Source: Lama glama (Eukaryota). Taken from it: a stretch of 64,000 bases of DNA. Of this stretch, positions 51,772-63,774 are shown one piece after another. The stretch is from assembly GCA_028534125.1 (NCBI GenBank), contig CM052816.1:14200001-14264000 (forward strand), written 5' to 3'. The notes beneath the pieces were generated by a model, which was not told the origin of the DNA, did no database searches, and was given only the letters and a program-made list of their open reading frames with translations. Each line of letters begins with the position of its first letter. The first letter of the stretch is position 1. A program made the position numbers and the translations under genes.

Positions 51772-54689
51772 AAGATAAAGAGACTCAGAGCTGAGCCCTG
51801 AGAAGCCAAGCCCGGTCCTGAGTGCTCACCACAGCCGGGCACAAAGCTAAAGCAGCCCTTCAGATCCCGTGAGGTCAGCATGGTGGTCCACGCTCACAGC
51901 CAGGGAAATAGCCTCAAAGAGGTTAAGTAACTCGCCCAAAGCAGGACAGCTGATGTGCAATAGATTTAAACGGGCATTTCAGAAAGCAGAGCCTGAGTGA
52001 GCTACCTGGAAGCTGTTCTGCCTCCTTCCCTAAAGAGTCTGTGGGGCTGCCGTCTCCAAACACATCAGCCCCGCCCCGCCTCCCGCCACAGGGTTCAAGG
52101 CTGGTTGGCCAGTTCACAAGCAGTGACCTTCACTTACTCTCAAACGGGTGAGGCTCGCACAGCCATGAGAGGCAGAAGACTGGTGTCTGGCCTAAAGGCT
52201 CTTGCGATCCACTTGTGAAGACCTCGCTGAGAAACGTGAGTAAGCAGAGGGAGTAACACACCAGCTGCAGGGCACCGGCACCAACACCACCTTCTGCTCT
52301 CGGTTCCTCTCGCTACTGTGCGGGTGACGCCGTAGTTAGGGGGTTGTCTACCACTGCAGCTTACGGCCGTGCTCCTCACGCTCAGGATCTTGTCCTGTCT
52401 TTACACACTTCACACCCGCAGTGCCGCCCGACACAGGGAGGGTGTGGGCAGTACCCAACATAGTAGGAAAAAGTGACCACGTGTTCAGAGTTCATCCCCA
52501 TCCCCCACCTCATCTGCCCACGTTGGGTCCTACTCCCCACTCTGCCTTCCCCTACCCTGATCGTTCCAGAATCCCTCCAGGTGGCCTGTGTTCCCTTGAT
52601 TTCCTCCCCAGTTGCCAGGAAATGCTAGGGGCCCTGCTGGAATCTGCTTCCACCAAAGGCCACCTCCAAGCCCTGAGCCCTGCCTAAATGTTCTGTCCTT
52701 GGGCAGGTGGGCACTTTTGCCCGTGCTGGTCCCTATGTCCCCCAGCCCCTGGCTTCCAGGCCATCCAATTTCTCTATGGGTGACAGGAACTCACCAAGCA
52801 GATGGGATTCGCTGCCTCCAATCCAGCCCTGAGACCCAAGCAAGAGGGCAGAAAGAGCAGAATCCCCAACCCCATCAGGAGAAAGCCCTTTCTGTGTGCA
52901 CAGCGGTGCTGCTAAGACCATTTCCGGGGCCAGGCCTGGCCCCTCAGCAAGTCCTCTGGGCTCTGGCAGGATGACAGTGTGACGCAAAACCAGGTCAGTT
53001 TCTAGGCGCTTAGGCTCAAAGACATGGGTTTTCCCCAAGTGTCCCTAAGTAGGCAAAAAAAAAAAAACCCTCACAGACCTGGTGCCACCGTCTTTCCGAT
53101 GGAGGGGGTGGGTGGGCCAATTATAATCTTGGCAAGAGCAGCTCCTCCCCAGGAAATCTCCCTCCCGCAAAGTCCGTGCCTCTGTGGGCTGGGATTTTAT
53201 TTTAAGTGAGGGCGCGCTCCTTGGTACCACATTTTCTTCCCTCCTTCCCGGGAATGGCGCTAAAAACCCAGTTCCAGGCTCCCACATGGCTGTAATGATG
53301 CCACAGTTTTCCTCGCCGTATGCTGTTCACTGACACAGTCTGGAGATCCTACAACAAACACATACTGCCAAGTCCATTCTTCCCTTCCAAAGCCTTTTTT
53401 CATTTTGGCCCATGAGGTCAAAATTATTAGCATCTCAGGCCAAATTTCAAAGAAAAGTTTGGAAAAGCACAAACCTGGAATTCTGTCCTCGTTTGTTTTT
53501 AAAGCCAACTTTTGGGAATATGTAGTTAGATTTAAGATGGACCCACTCTGAGGTTACATATTCAAAGATACGCAAACTAAGAAATACAGTTCAAAACAGT
53601 AAATATTTGAAGCTGCATCCTAGCCCAAGATGCAAACACTCAGTGTCGCCCCATTAGTCCTACTTCCTGTTGTGACAAATTCACATAAAACCATTCTGAG
53701 GAGGATGCTTCCAGGACTCGCCCTCCCTGCCTCCAATCCCAGCTTTTTGTGCAAAGCTAGTTGTCTAAATACCACTGAGCAATGGTGTTTTTTACAGCCT
53801 GATTTTGTCCTGTTAACTCTAAGTAAGTTATATCTATAAACCTTCCTGGCCAGAAAGCTTTTCTAAGTGCTTCCTAATGAGGCCATGTGGCATGATGGTT
53901 TGGGGCAGGTTCTGGAGTCAGACCTGGGCTGGAATCCCAGCTCCACAACTTTAGGCAAGCAACTCAACAATTCTCCGCCTGACATTCCTCTCCTGGAAAA
54001 CGGAGGTGCTAACAGGCACCAGCCCCACAATAGTAGGGGCACTCACAACCCGTTTTGTTCACCTTGTCCTGACTTGGCAGTTTTACCTAATTGCAATCCC
54101 CTGCTGCAAATGTCACAGATAGAGAACACGTGGGGGGAACAAATAGGCAAGCGGTCTGCAGAACTCTGGGGGCTGAGTTCACCAGTGACCCACTCGATTT
54201 TAGTGTCACAGCCCTCGGTCTGGCATGGACCCACCCCGGGGCCCACAGGAGCATAGGCACCTAGGAAAGGGAAGGAAGACTCTTCCTGTTCTTTCAAGCT
54301 CTCATAGACTTTTTCATGTGGTCCTCAGCAAACCCCCACCCGACCAGCCACGTTATCCTGGATTAACCTTGGCTTTGGCAGCCAGTGTCTCCAGGCAGTG
54401 GGGAGGGTCTAGCTGGCCTTATCCCCCTCCCACAGGGTTGCTCCACGTGGTTCTCAAGGTGCCTCCGGCATGGCCCCCCACAGTGAGGGTCCTACTATCT
54501 CTGAGACACCAGGTCTCCTCCCGTCCAAAGCAGAGGTAGGGGATGCTGAGCTCACCTGGGCAGACTCAAACCAGCAGACCGTCCTGCCCTTTCGGCCCAA
54601 AGCCTGATACCCAGGAAGTTTCCACAGCATAGCTTGAGTGGGGAGGACAGGTCGGGAACTGGGACACAAACTTGACATTCTATAACAGA

Positions 54690-55030
54690 TTATTAAGGTA
54701 AATTACGGTATAGTCAGGTGATGAAATACGACTCACTCTTAAAAGGATGCGACGCAAAACAATGAAAAAAGATGCTCGCGATAGATTGAAACAAAAAGCA
54801 AGCTCAAAATAGTTCGCAAGTTGAAAGTTTCTGAAAAACCTTTCCCATGCATTTGCGTTTCTATATTTCACACCTAGATACGTATGCGAATACCAAAAAC
54901 ATCCTGAAGGAAGATGCACCGAAGTATTTGCGGGGCAGACACCACATGGCAGGATTGGGGGAAATCATTTTCTCCTGTGTTTTGCTTCTCAATAATATAT
55001 TCAATAACAGCCATGCAGTACTTTAGGAAA
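54690..55030 (+). mobile_element. Old LINE-1 3' end (L1ME-like)
   Basis: TAAATTACGGTATAG..GAAATACGACTCACTCTTAAAAGG..GAAACAAAAAGCAAG..CTGAAGGAAGATGCACCGAA motif order. Confidence 0.55.
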
Positions 55031-55049
55031 GAAGAAAAAATTAGCTTCA

Positions 55050-56000
55050 AAAGAACATGCCTCACCTCTAGTCTCTCTGGCTGAGTCACGTCTTACAGAG
55101 AGAAGAGACGAAGGCTGGGCGGAGCTCCCCGAAGTCGCCTTCCCCTCCCATGCGTGTCACATTCCTTCCCAGTGGCAGAGAATGAGTTTCTCGACAGCGG
55201 AGCCGACAGCGGAGCCGGCCCATCTCGGGGCCAGGATGGTGCTGGCAGGAGTCACTTGCTAACACGTCCCGACATGTGTTTCCAGTAACGCTGTTTGTGG
55301 CCGCTTTCTTCTCTTATCGCTCCTCCCGTGACCTTTGCTGGTTAGACTTACTGGCTGGAGCCAGGTGGATTTGTTTGATTTTTGTTGATGGTTATTAGGA
55401 AGAGGAAGTGCCAGAAGGGATTACCTCAAGTTTAAACCTATTTCCAGCAGAGTCCCAGGGCCTTTAATTACACATTCGGGTCTGTTTGGTAAAGAAGTGG
55501 TCAAAGATGTGCTTTTTATCTCCCTCGGAATCTCCCGAGACTGGCAGCGTTCCACGAGCGCCTGGTGTTCCTGCAAACTCCAGCCACAGGCTCCTGGGGG
55601 TAGGAGGGCAGCGGTGGAAGATGGGATACGAAGAGGGAGGCCGACGAGGGACATTTTTACGAGTCCCGCACCGGGAATCCTTGGTTAAGGCCGTGGCGCT
55701 TGTGGGTACAGACAGTAGAGGAACCGCACCCCCAGAGAGGTCGAATTTTGTTTCGAGACCAGAACTTCTGCAGCTCCCAGAGGAGAATCCTGAGTCAGCT
55801 ACTGCTGAACTTCAAGGATGAGGAGTCAGGATACTAAATGCCCAGCCCAATCCAAGAGCAGACTTTTCTTCCTTTTTTTGCAGATTTTTTTTTCACATCT
55901 TGGTACTGAAAATAGTAACAGCCCAACTCACCACTGGCAGGCGACCGCTATCTGGAATGATGAAGGTACCAGATCAGCTGAGGGGCAGACTGACGTCACC
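55050..56000. promoter_or_regulatory. Candidate enhancer or alternative promoter (CpG-enriched, AP-1/CRE/ETS motifs)
   Basis: Visibly more CpG than flanks; TGAGTCA at 55082 and 55791, TGACGTCA at 55991, GAGGAAGT at 55402. Confidence 0.35.
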
Positions 56001-56844
56001 ATTCTGCTACAGGTGGGCCTAGTTGGAGAGATCCGAACCAGCTGGTCCTTGAAAAGCACTCTGATTTCTCTAGGCCAATGAAAAAAAGACAGACTCCGGG
56101 AGTGTGGACTCCCCACACCACTAGCCCCCCTCTTTGTCTTAGTTGCCCGTTGAAGGGATTGCCAAATGACCAAGTTGCTGAAGGTCCAAGACCAGAAAGT
56201 TTAACACATCAACTGCAACTTTATTGGAAAAAATGAGGATGCTTGGTTACTGAGGGTTACATTTTTGGCATAACAGCGAAGTCAGGAAATTCGGAATTAT
56301 TCTTTAGCTGCTTATATTAAAGACACAGTGTTGTAGGTCAAATACACACACTATTTCAGACAATAGGGCTCCAAATTTCCCATTAATTTATGGCCCAGAG
56401 GGGATGGAATTTGGGGAGGAACATTTGGTTAGAATGGAAATGGGAACAAATGGGATTTCGGTAGAGGACTCTTTCGTCAGCTGGGACCCCTGACCACCCA
56501 AATTCTGCCCCCTAGTGAGGCTGTTTCTTCCACCACTCCCAGGGTCCCAGCAATTCCCTTTCGGTGGGAGCACACAGCACTGAGCACAGAATCTTGCCCC
56601 CATCTCTGGAATACTTTAACACCCTCAAGGTAAGCGAAGTCATATTCTTTTTCTTGGTACTGCTGCCTCCTTAGAGCAATGAAAACAGGTCCTAAAAGAC
56701 ACAGAAGTGTTTCTTCCCTAGAGTCAACCCAACCACCTCTCTGGGGCTCCCAGCCCATGCTCCAGGAGTTGGGCCTGGGTGAGAAAGGCTAATAGTTCAG
56801 GCTCAATTCTGCAGCAGTACAGACACTCAGCCTTCACATCTTAC

Positions 56845-57140
56845 AGCAGGATTGTTCAAAGTGCAGTACCAAGACCCTGACGGTACCTTAAATGATGTTA
56901 GGTGGGCATAACACTTTTTCATTTTATTGGTAATATATTTATTTTAGTGTGAATTTGAGAAAAGTGAAATTAGCATGTCAAGGGTTACTTCATGAATGCT
57001 ATTTAGAATGAGGCTAAGGAATAACAAATTTAGTAACATTTAATAGAAAAATTTTAAGTAGAAATTTAATAATATAGATGAGATAGAAATAGGACAAAAC
57101 TCATGAAGCTCAGTTTTCAATAACCAAAGTTTGGGACAGT
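56845..57140. mobile_element. hAT-Charlie-type DNA transposon relic
   Basis: CAGGATTGTTCAAAGTG start and AAAGTTTGGGACAG end resemble Charlie/MER terminal repeats. Confidence 0.45.
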
Positions 57141-57214
57141 TCTGTGCCAACTAGACAAATTAACCAATGTGCATGAAAAGCTCAGGCAAGTATATTTAAA
57201 ACACTAGAGACAGC

Positions 57215-57435
57215 CTTCCACAGTACAGAGAGCTATGGAATCAGAAAGCCTAGGTTCAGGTGCTGAGCGCTATTGTTTACTTAGCTCTGTGACCTTGGAC
57301 AAATTACAACTCTTTAAGCTTCAGTCTCTTTGTCTGTAAAATAGAAATGAGAATTCCTATCTCATTAGATTGTTCTGAGAATGAAATGAGGTAATATTGA
57401 TAAAGACTATCGCACAAAGCCTAGAGGAAGTGCTT
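57215..57435 (+). mobile_element. MIR SINE
   Basis: TAGCTCTGTGACCTTGGACAAATTAC..CTTCAGTCTCTTTGTCTGTAAAATAG..GAGAATGAAATGAG. Confidence 0.8.
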
Positions 57436-58699
57436 GGAAAGTAGAAGGGAGGATTAGAAATGGAAAGGACTCATTTCTAAAGCAGGCTCCCCATCTATCT
57501 GTCATAAAGATTTCCTTCCAGGAAGATGCAACCCAAATAGCACAGGAATATTTAGCCCTTTGGGTCATGGATCAGCTCCCAGAGAAACACGCTTGCAGAC
57601 ACTCTTGCCAAGGCCAAAATGGCACACAATTTTAAGGTGTTCGTAGGTGACACCTCCTCTAATCACTTCCTGAGCTGGCGGCAGACCTGGTGAGCGAAGA
57701 CGGAGAGCTAGGCTACCAAGAGGCTTCTCCGCTACTCGTGCCCCAGGGATGCCCGGCATCATCCTATCTTCTGGATGCATTCCTAAACTAGATTTTGGTT
57801 CTGTCTGGCTGCCTCTTCACACACAGGCCACCGCAGCTTAATTCTCAACATGGGCAGAAGGCAAATAAGAGCTCACGGACCCACATAGCCCCCTACACTC
57901 TGTAAGTGGCTTGTTCTCTCTGCCCTATCTCGGTGCAGTACAGCCTGGCCTTGCAATTTTTAACTCGGTGCTATTGGAACTGGGTAAACGCAAGAGACTA
58001 GCAAAGGTACATGGAAAACCATGAGCCCCGATAAGCTGCTGATACGGTGCGCCTGCGCTTCCGCCAGTTCTATTTAAACACTGATAGACCCCTGGGCAAA
58101 CAAGAAACCCTTTGTGCTCCGAGCATCCACAACTACCATCCGGAGTCCATTCTGCACATGGACCAGGCTCAGAGTAGGCGGAGCAGGGGTGGGAGAAAGG
58201 CAAACTTTTCCTGCACTTCATCAGACAAATGCACACAGGGAGGACCAGGCTGATCTTCAATCCTGGGGCTCCAAATCTTTCTCTCTGCCCCCTGCCCTGC
58301 CTCACAGCAGCCTCTTAACAATTGAGATTGAGAAAATGTTTTCTAGAAAATTCACTGCAGAGTCTTCAAGCAGGACACGCGGGCTAGTTCAAGCCATGAC
58401 CCGCCCACATCACACTAGTAAGTAAGGCATGAATGATTCAGCTCACAAAGAAGCAAGGGGGGTTGGGGAAGCTGGTGAGTTTACCCATAGGCACTAATGT
58501 CAACCAAAAAAGGAGTCAAGGTCAAGGCCAGAGGAAGTCCAAGAAAGTTAGACTGCTATGGAGCTGGAAGATGGGGGTTGTTTCTCACAACCATTTGAAT
58601 TTTGGTTTATTTAGCAAACAGTGTTTGTAAATTAAGAGTTTTGAATTGGAATTTCTTTCTTGAATATTAAGATAATAAGAGCCCCACTCCTCCAGGTAT

Positions 58700-58850
58700 G
58701 ATTCTTCTGGATGGGTAGTTTGGACATCATCTGGGCGCTTGTTACAAATGCAGACCCTTGAGCCCCAGCCCAGACCTTCTAAACCAGAACCAGCATTTTA
58801 ACAAGATCCTCAGGCAATGCATATGCATGTTACAGTCTGAGAAGCACTGG
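58700..58850. mobile_element. MER5A-like hAT DNA transposon fragment
   Basis: CTTGTTACAAATGCAGA..CCCAGACCTTCTAAACCAGAA..GCATTTTAACAAG..AGTCTGAGAAGCACTG. Confidence 0.75.
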
Positions 58851-59344
58851 TTAGAGTACTTATAAAGCTCTTGGAAAAGTCTATTAAAGGATGATAAAAT
58901 ATAATGGATTGTTTCCTTTCAGGTTCACAACAGAGCTTAACCTAAATATCATGTATAAAAAAATAAAGTTCACTTTAAAAGGATGAGACTAATAATAGTA
59001 GACCTGTGAATGTAACTTTTGTTTTCAGTAATTAGTTCTCAAATCTCAGTGAAGAAATATTTCTCATGAACAGCTCAATATATATGACATCAGTTGGGCA
59101 GCTTCCAACACCCCTCTCTGATGTGAAAACAGGATTATTTTCAGCAGTTCAAAGACTACATGTTCATCCCATAAAGGTTCACAGTGGTACACATTAGAAT
59201 TAGTGGCATTTTAACAAGTTAAAAATATATTTCAGATTTAGCATTATTGTCAGCAGGCAAATTTTGCAAAATCAGTTGAAATGTTTCCATAATCAACATG
59301 AATTATCTTTGAAAAAAAAAAAAGCAGCAGAGGTTGAGATGTGC

Positions 59345-59555
59345 TGATTAGTGGTCAAGAGTGCCTGTGTTTGGATCCTTGCTCTGTCTGCTGTGTGACA
59401 TTACCCAAGTTACTTGACTCCTCTGAGCCAGCTCCCTCAGTGTCAAATGGGGATAAAAGCACTTTAACTGTTGAATTATTGTGGGATTAAAAGATATTAT
59501 TCATGAAAAGCACTACAACAGTACTTGGACATAGTAAGTGCTAAGTAAATAGAAG
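59345..59555 (+). mobile_element. MIR SINE
   Basis: GCTGTGTGACATTACCCAAGTTACTTGACTCCTCTGAGCC..AAATGGGGATAA..ACATAGTAAGTGCT. Confidence 0.8.
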
Positions 59556-59580
59556 CCACTAATAAGAAATTAGTATTGAC

Positions 59581-59958
59581 ATTTGTTTTTCTCTGACTCA
59601 CTTACATGTGGAATCTAAAAAAAAAAAAGATACAAATGAATTTATTTATGAAACAGAAACAGACTCAGAGATAAAAAACAAACTCTGGTTACCAAAGGGG
59701 AAAGGAGGGGGAGGGATAAATTAGGAGTTTGGGATTAACAGATACACACTACTATACATAAAACAGATAAACAACACGGTCCTACTGGATAGCACAGGGA
59801 TCTATATTCAATATCTTATAATATCCTATAATGAAAAAGAATCTGAAAAGGAATATATATATATATATGACTGAATCACTATGCCGTACACCAGAAACTA
59901 ACACAACATCGTAAATCAATTCTACTTCAATTAAAAAATTTCTTTTTTAATTTTAATG
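59581..59958 (+). mobile_element. Young LINE-1 3' UTR fragment with short 5' inversion
   Basis: Sense 3' UTR from about 59598; 59581-59603 is antisense L1; degenerate TSD AAGAAATTAGTATTGACA / AAAAAAATAGTATTGATA. Confidence 0.85.
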
Positions 59959-61984
59959 AAAAAAATAGTATTGATATACTGTCTCAGGATGTCATTCTGT
60001 GTAACTTGAGAAAGTGAAGGCCACTTGGGTCTTGTCCTGTCTCTATCCAGCACTAGCCTTAAGAGCCTACAGGAATCGCTCCACCTGAGCAGCAACTAGA
60101 AAGACCCACATCATCAGCTGGGCTTGCCCCACTGGCTTGTGGGGGGGAGGTGGTAAGAAAAACAACCAGTGGTACAAGCTGGAAAGCCTGAGGCCAAGGT
60201 CAAAGGCTGTGTTACAGAGGCTGCTCTGTGCCTCCAGGCCAGAATCCCCCCATTCCCACTCCCAGGAAGGAGAGTTGGAAGCTGGGAGCCTGGGAGGAGG
60301 GAGAAGAGGAAGTGTTTGTAGGGGCAGGAGAATAAAAACAAAAAGAGGGAACAGAGCAGGTGCGCTCAAAGCACAGGTGTTGCAGCTTTGGGAAGACTTT
60401 GTGCTCTGACAAGTTAGTTTGGAGCTCTTAAGCGGCCTCACCACCAAGAGCTCTACGGAGCAAGTCAATTAACCTCGCAAGCCTCCCTTTTTAAAAATTT
60501 AAAACGAGAATAATAGTACTACCCTCCTCAAAAGTTTGGGATGATGATTCAATGAGGTAATGTGTATAAAGAATGCAGCAGGGTGCTTAGCACATGGTAA
60601 ACGATGGGTAAATGGTACCCATTACTATCTGTCTATGGTAGGTGTCTGCAACACAACTTTACTGCGGGCTGAATCCATGGGGTGAAGGAATTTGATGTGA
60701 ATTTCAGATGAAAAGAGACATTTTGGTCACCCTATCAGTGAAAGACTAAGATCATAGGACGCCTTTGTTATAATTGCCGAAAGCCTAGTCATTCTCCTTA
60801 GGGATGAAACAGTGGAAAGGAGAGGTATTAAAAGTTGGCTTTAAAAACACTATCATTTAGGATTCATCAGAACTAGTTGAAAAATAAGAAAAGGCAAGAT
60901 AATCTCCATTGTAGCAAAAAGACTGTGAAAAAACAAAAGAATTTAATGTCTAACTTAAGCAAAATGGCTTAATGAGAAACCACATCTCACCAGACTATAC
61001 AAGTGATTAGTACTACATTATGTAAAAATGATAAATTCACAAAAACAAGGGTAAAAAGTCCCAAGAGTCGATTTTTGGAGGTAGTAGGATTAGAGGTGAC
61101 TTTTAGATTTGTTTATTATTATTATTATTGTTATTGTTATTATGATTACAAAATCACGGTATTTTTGAAGCCCCTGTAAGTTCACGGGGGAAAAAATGTA
61201 CAATGATTTAATAGTTTCAGCCACAGTAAGAGATGATTTGGGGCAGTGGTTTTCAAACCTTCTTTTCAGCTGTGGAACACTTTTTGTAAACAAAATCTTG
61301 AGACTCCCATCTACAAAGCAGATAAAATACTGCTTCTATTGAAGAAATGCATTTATATGTTGTGTTCATCTTTGCTCCACTTCGGTCTGTAAACAAGAGC
61401 ACATATAATCACACAGGTTGCATATACATTTCAATAAAGATATTTTACTATAGTTTTTAATGGTTAGGATATTTTTAGAATATCAAGTTTCAATGAAAAA
61501 CACAGAATCCTACTATCTCTTGGAAGCTGGTTCAGGAACATGGAGCAGATTGTGAAGATGGGGGCTAGCTGACTGTTGGGCGCTTTTCCAGAGAGATCAA
61601 AGCCTCCAGAGATTCATGCAGAAGTCATGTGTGTCCACGGAGAGAGAGAAGGAGCAACGAGCAGAGGACACTCCCCTGTCGTCTGTCTAATGACCAAGCC
61701 GAACTAACATAGAAGCGTATGGAGCAGAGGTGAGCCCGGGGACACTGTAACAGCGGCCTCATCTGTGCAGAGCTCCCCAGGTCCCAGATGAAAGGAGGAA
61801 ACAGGCAGGTGTACTGGGCGGGCTTGGATTTGCTGGGAACATCGACCTTGGGGCACTCGCGGATGCTAACGGGAGGGCTTCAGGAAGGAAGGTAAAGTGT
61901 GATCTGGTTGCGTGGGAAGGTAAAGAGGGCAGAGAGTAACTTGGATTGACAAGGCCCAACCAGGATGCAGAGAAAGGAAAGGGA

Positions 61985-62155
61985 GTATAGCACAGAGAAC
62001 TATATTCAGCGTCTTGTAATAACCTTTAATGAAAAAGAATATGAAAATGAAGATATGTATGTATATGCATGACTGGGACATTGTGCTGTACACCAGAGAC
62101 GGACACATTGTAACTGACTATACTTTAATTCAAAAAAGGGGGGAAAAAAAAAACT
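61985..62155 (+). mobile_element. Young LINE-1 extreme 3' fragment
   Basis: GTATAGCACAGAGAACTATATTCAG..GACACATTGTAACTGACTATAC+A tail; GAAAGGAAAGG at 61972-61982 and 62160-62170. Confidence 0.85.
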
Positions 62156-63595
62156 AGTTGAAAGGAAAGGCAAAAGGGGGCCTTGGAGGAAATGGCCCTC
62201 TCTACGGTGGGAGACAAGATGTGTAGGGATGTGAGACAGGAAAAGGCCAAAAGTAGCAGAGTAATCTAAGAAGTACTGGAAACCTTGTGAGAGGGAGGTG
62301 CAGAGAGGCAGGTAAAGGGGCCATGATGAAGAGCCGGGAAAGTAGCAAAGAATTTAAGGCAAGTGCAGAAAGAAAGAAGGCGAAGGATAAGAAGTTCAAA
62401 GGACGCTTTGAAGACCTAAATCCACACGAATTGAGCGTATGGCAAATCTCCTCATACAATACATATGGCCCAAGAAAAAAGGAGGCCAGAATTTCAGCCG
62501 ACAGAACTCAGGAAAGGAAATGAGAATCAGAGTTTATTGGATTTATAGAGTGTTTTGATGTGACTGAGTGTTGAAAAATTATTTGCCGGGGGAGGGAGGC
62601 TTTGGTTACTTGCTGGTAAAGAACGTGCAATAATCCCTTTGATAGCAACCCGTGGGGATCACATGAACATGGGTATGTGTGAGGTCCTACAGAAACACAT
62701 GATGGAATTCCCAGAAAAGCAAGAGCAAGTCATATTCTCATCTGGGCAGCAGGAATTTAGAATCGTCTGATTTATCAGGGATGGGCTAATGACAGCCTTT
62801 AGGAAAGAAGGAATGAAGAAAGGCAGAATTTATGAAAGCTACATGGTCCGCATAAGGAAATAAATGTCCAGGTTTGAATTATAGGTTTGGCCTTTTAATG
62901 TCCTGCCCTGGGATCCAGTGCTGTAGCTGGTTGGAGACCTGCAAAGAGCTGTCTTCTGAGTGCTGGGCCCTTTACCTACATAATCCCACTTAGAACTAAA
63001 AACAGCCCTGTGAGAAAATATTCTGGAACACAGATTAGGAAACTGAAGTTTGGGTGGGGCAAGCCAATGACCCGCGATTACACAGCTGGCACGTGGGGAG
63101 CCACAGGTCCAGCCCCACCAGTGGACTCATGCTCGCATCTCCCCTCGCAGTGGTTTTCCAGGTTCCAGCCTCACAAGTGCCCTGAGATGCTTTCCCTCCA
63201 TCCTCCTAGGTTCTTTGGGGCTGGCTTCCTCAGGTGGCAGGAATCTCTTTCCTTGGAGAGTACTTGGTTTTAGGAAGATCTTTAGTGCCCTTGTGGTGAA
63301 CTCTACTTTAGGGGCAGGTCATCACAACTTGAAAAGTGCAGAAAAAAAAAGTCTCACCTTTGACGCCAATTAGGCAGAGAAAATGATGGTGTGTTATGAT
63401 TTCTTGGACAGGAAATCTCTTTGTCTTATGTCCTGCCCTCTCTCTTGCCAGAATTTCCTTGTGCCCAGTGGCTCCTCTGTACAAATCCTGCATACATTAT
63501 AGCCAGCACAAGGTCATACATATCATAATCAGCTATCACAAATTAGTATTTATCAAATGAAGGCCTGAAACATCTATAGCTAAGAAGCCAGAGCA

Positions 63596-63747
63596 GGGCG
63601 GAGGGTATAGCTCAGTGGTAGAGTGCATGCTTAGCGTGCACAAGGTCCTGGGTTCAACCCCCGGCACCTCCATTAAAAAACTAAATAAATAAACCTAATT
63701 ACTTTCCACCCAAAAAAATAAAACAAACAACACCCCTCCAAAAAAAA
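63596..63747 (+). mobile_element. tRNA-Ala-derived SINE (Vic-1-like)
   Basis: GAGGGTATAGCTCAGTGGTAGAGTGCATGCTTAGCGTGCACAAGGTCCTGGGTTCAACCCCCGGCACCTCC; TSD AAGAAGCCA(G/C)AGCA at 63582-63595 and 63748-63761. Confidence 0.9.
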
Positions 63748-63774
63748 AAGAAGCCACAGCATTTCCATTAGCAA

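Noticed and set aside
54725..54737. AATACGACTCACT, 13 nt identical to the T7 promoter core
   Set aside because: Lacks the flanking T and ATAG, has no vector context, and falls at the position of the L1 motif GAATACTACTCAGC within an old L1 relic; coincidence
62287..62523. Lysine-rich 78-aa ORF
   Set aside because: Reflects A/G-rich composition; no recognisable protein or splice context
63308..63493. Minus-strand exon candidate ending at donor AAG|GTGAGA (about 63358)
   Set aside because: The donor is good but the acceptor is weak and the peptide is unrecognisable; insufficient support
63596..63672. tRNA-Ala gene (and seven similar copies)
   Set aside because: They have A-rich tails, TSDs and scattered substitutions, so they are SINE copies rather than functional tRNA genes
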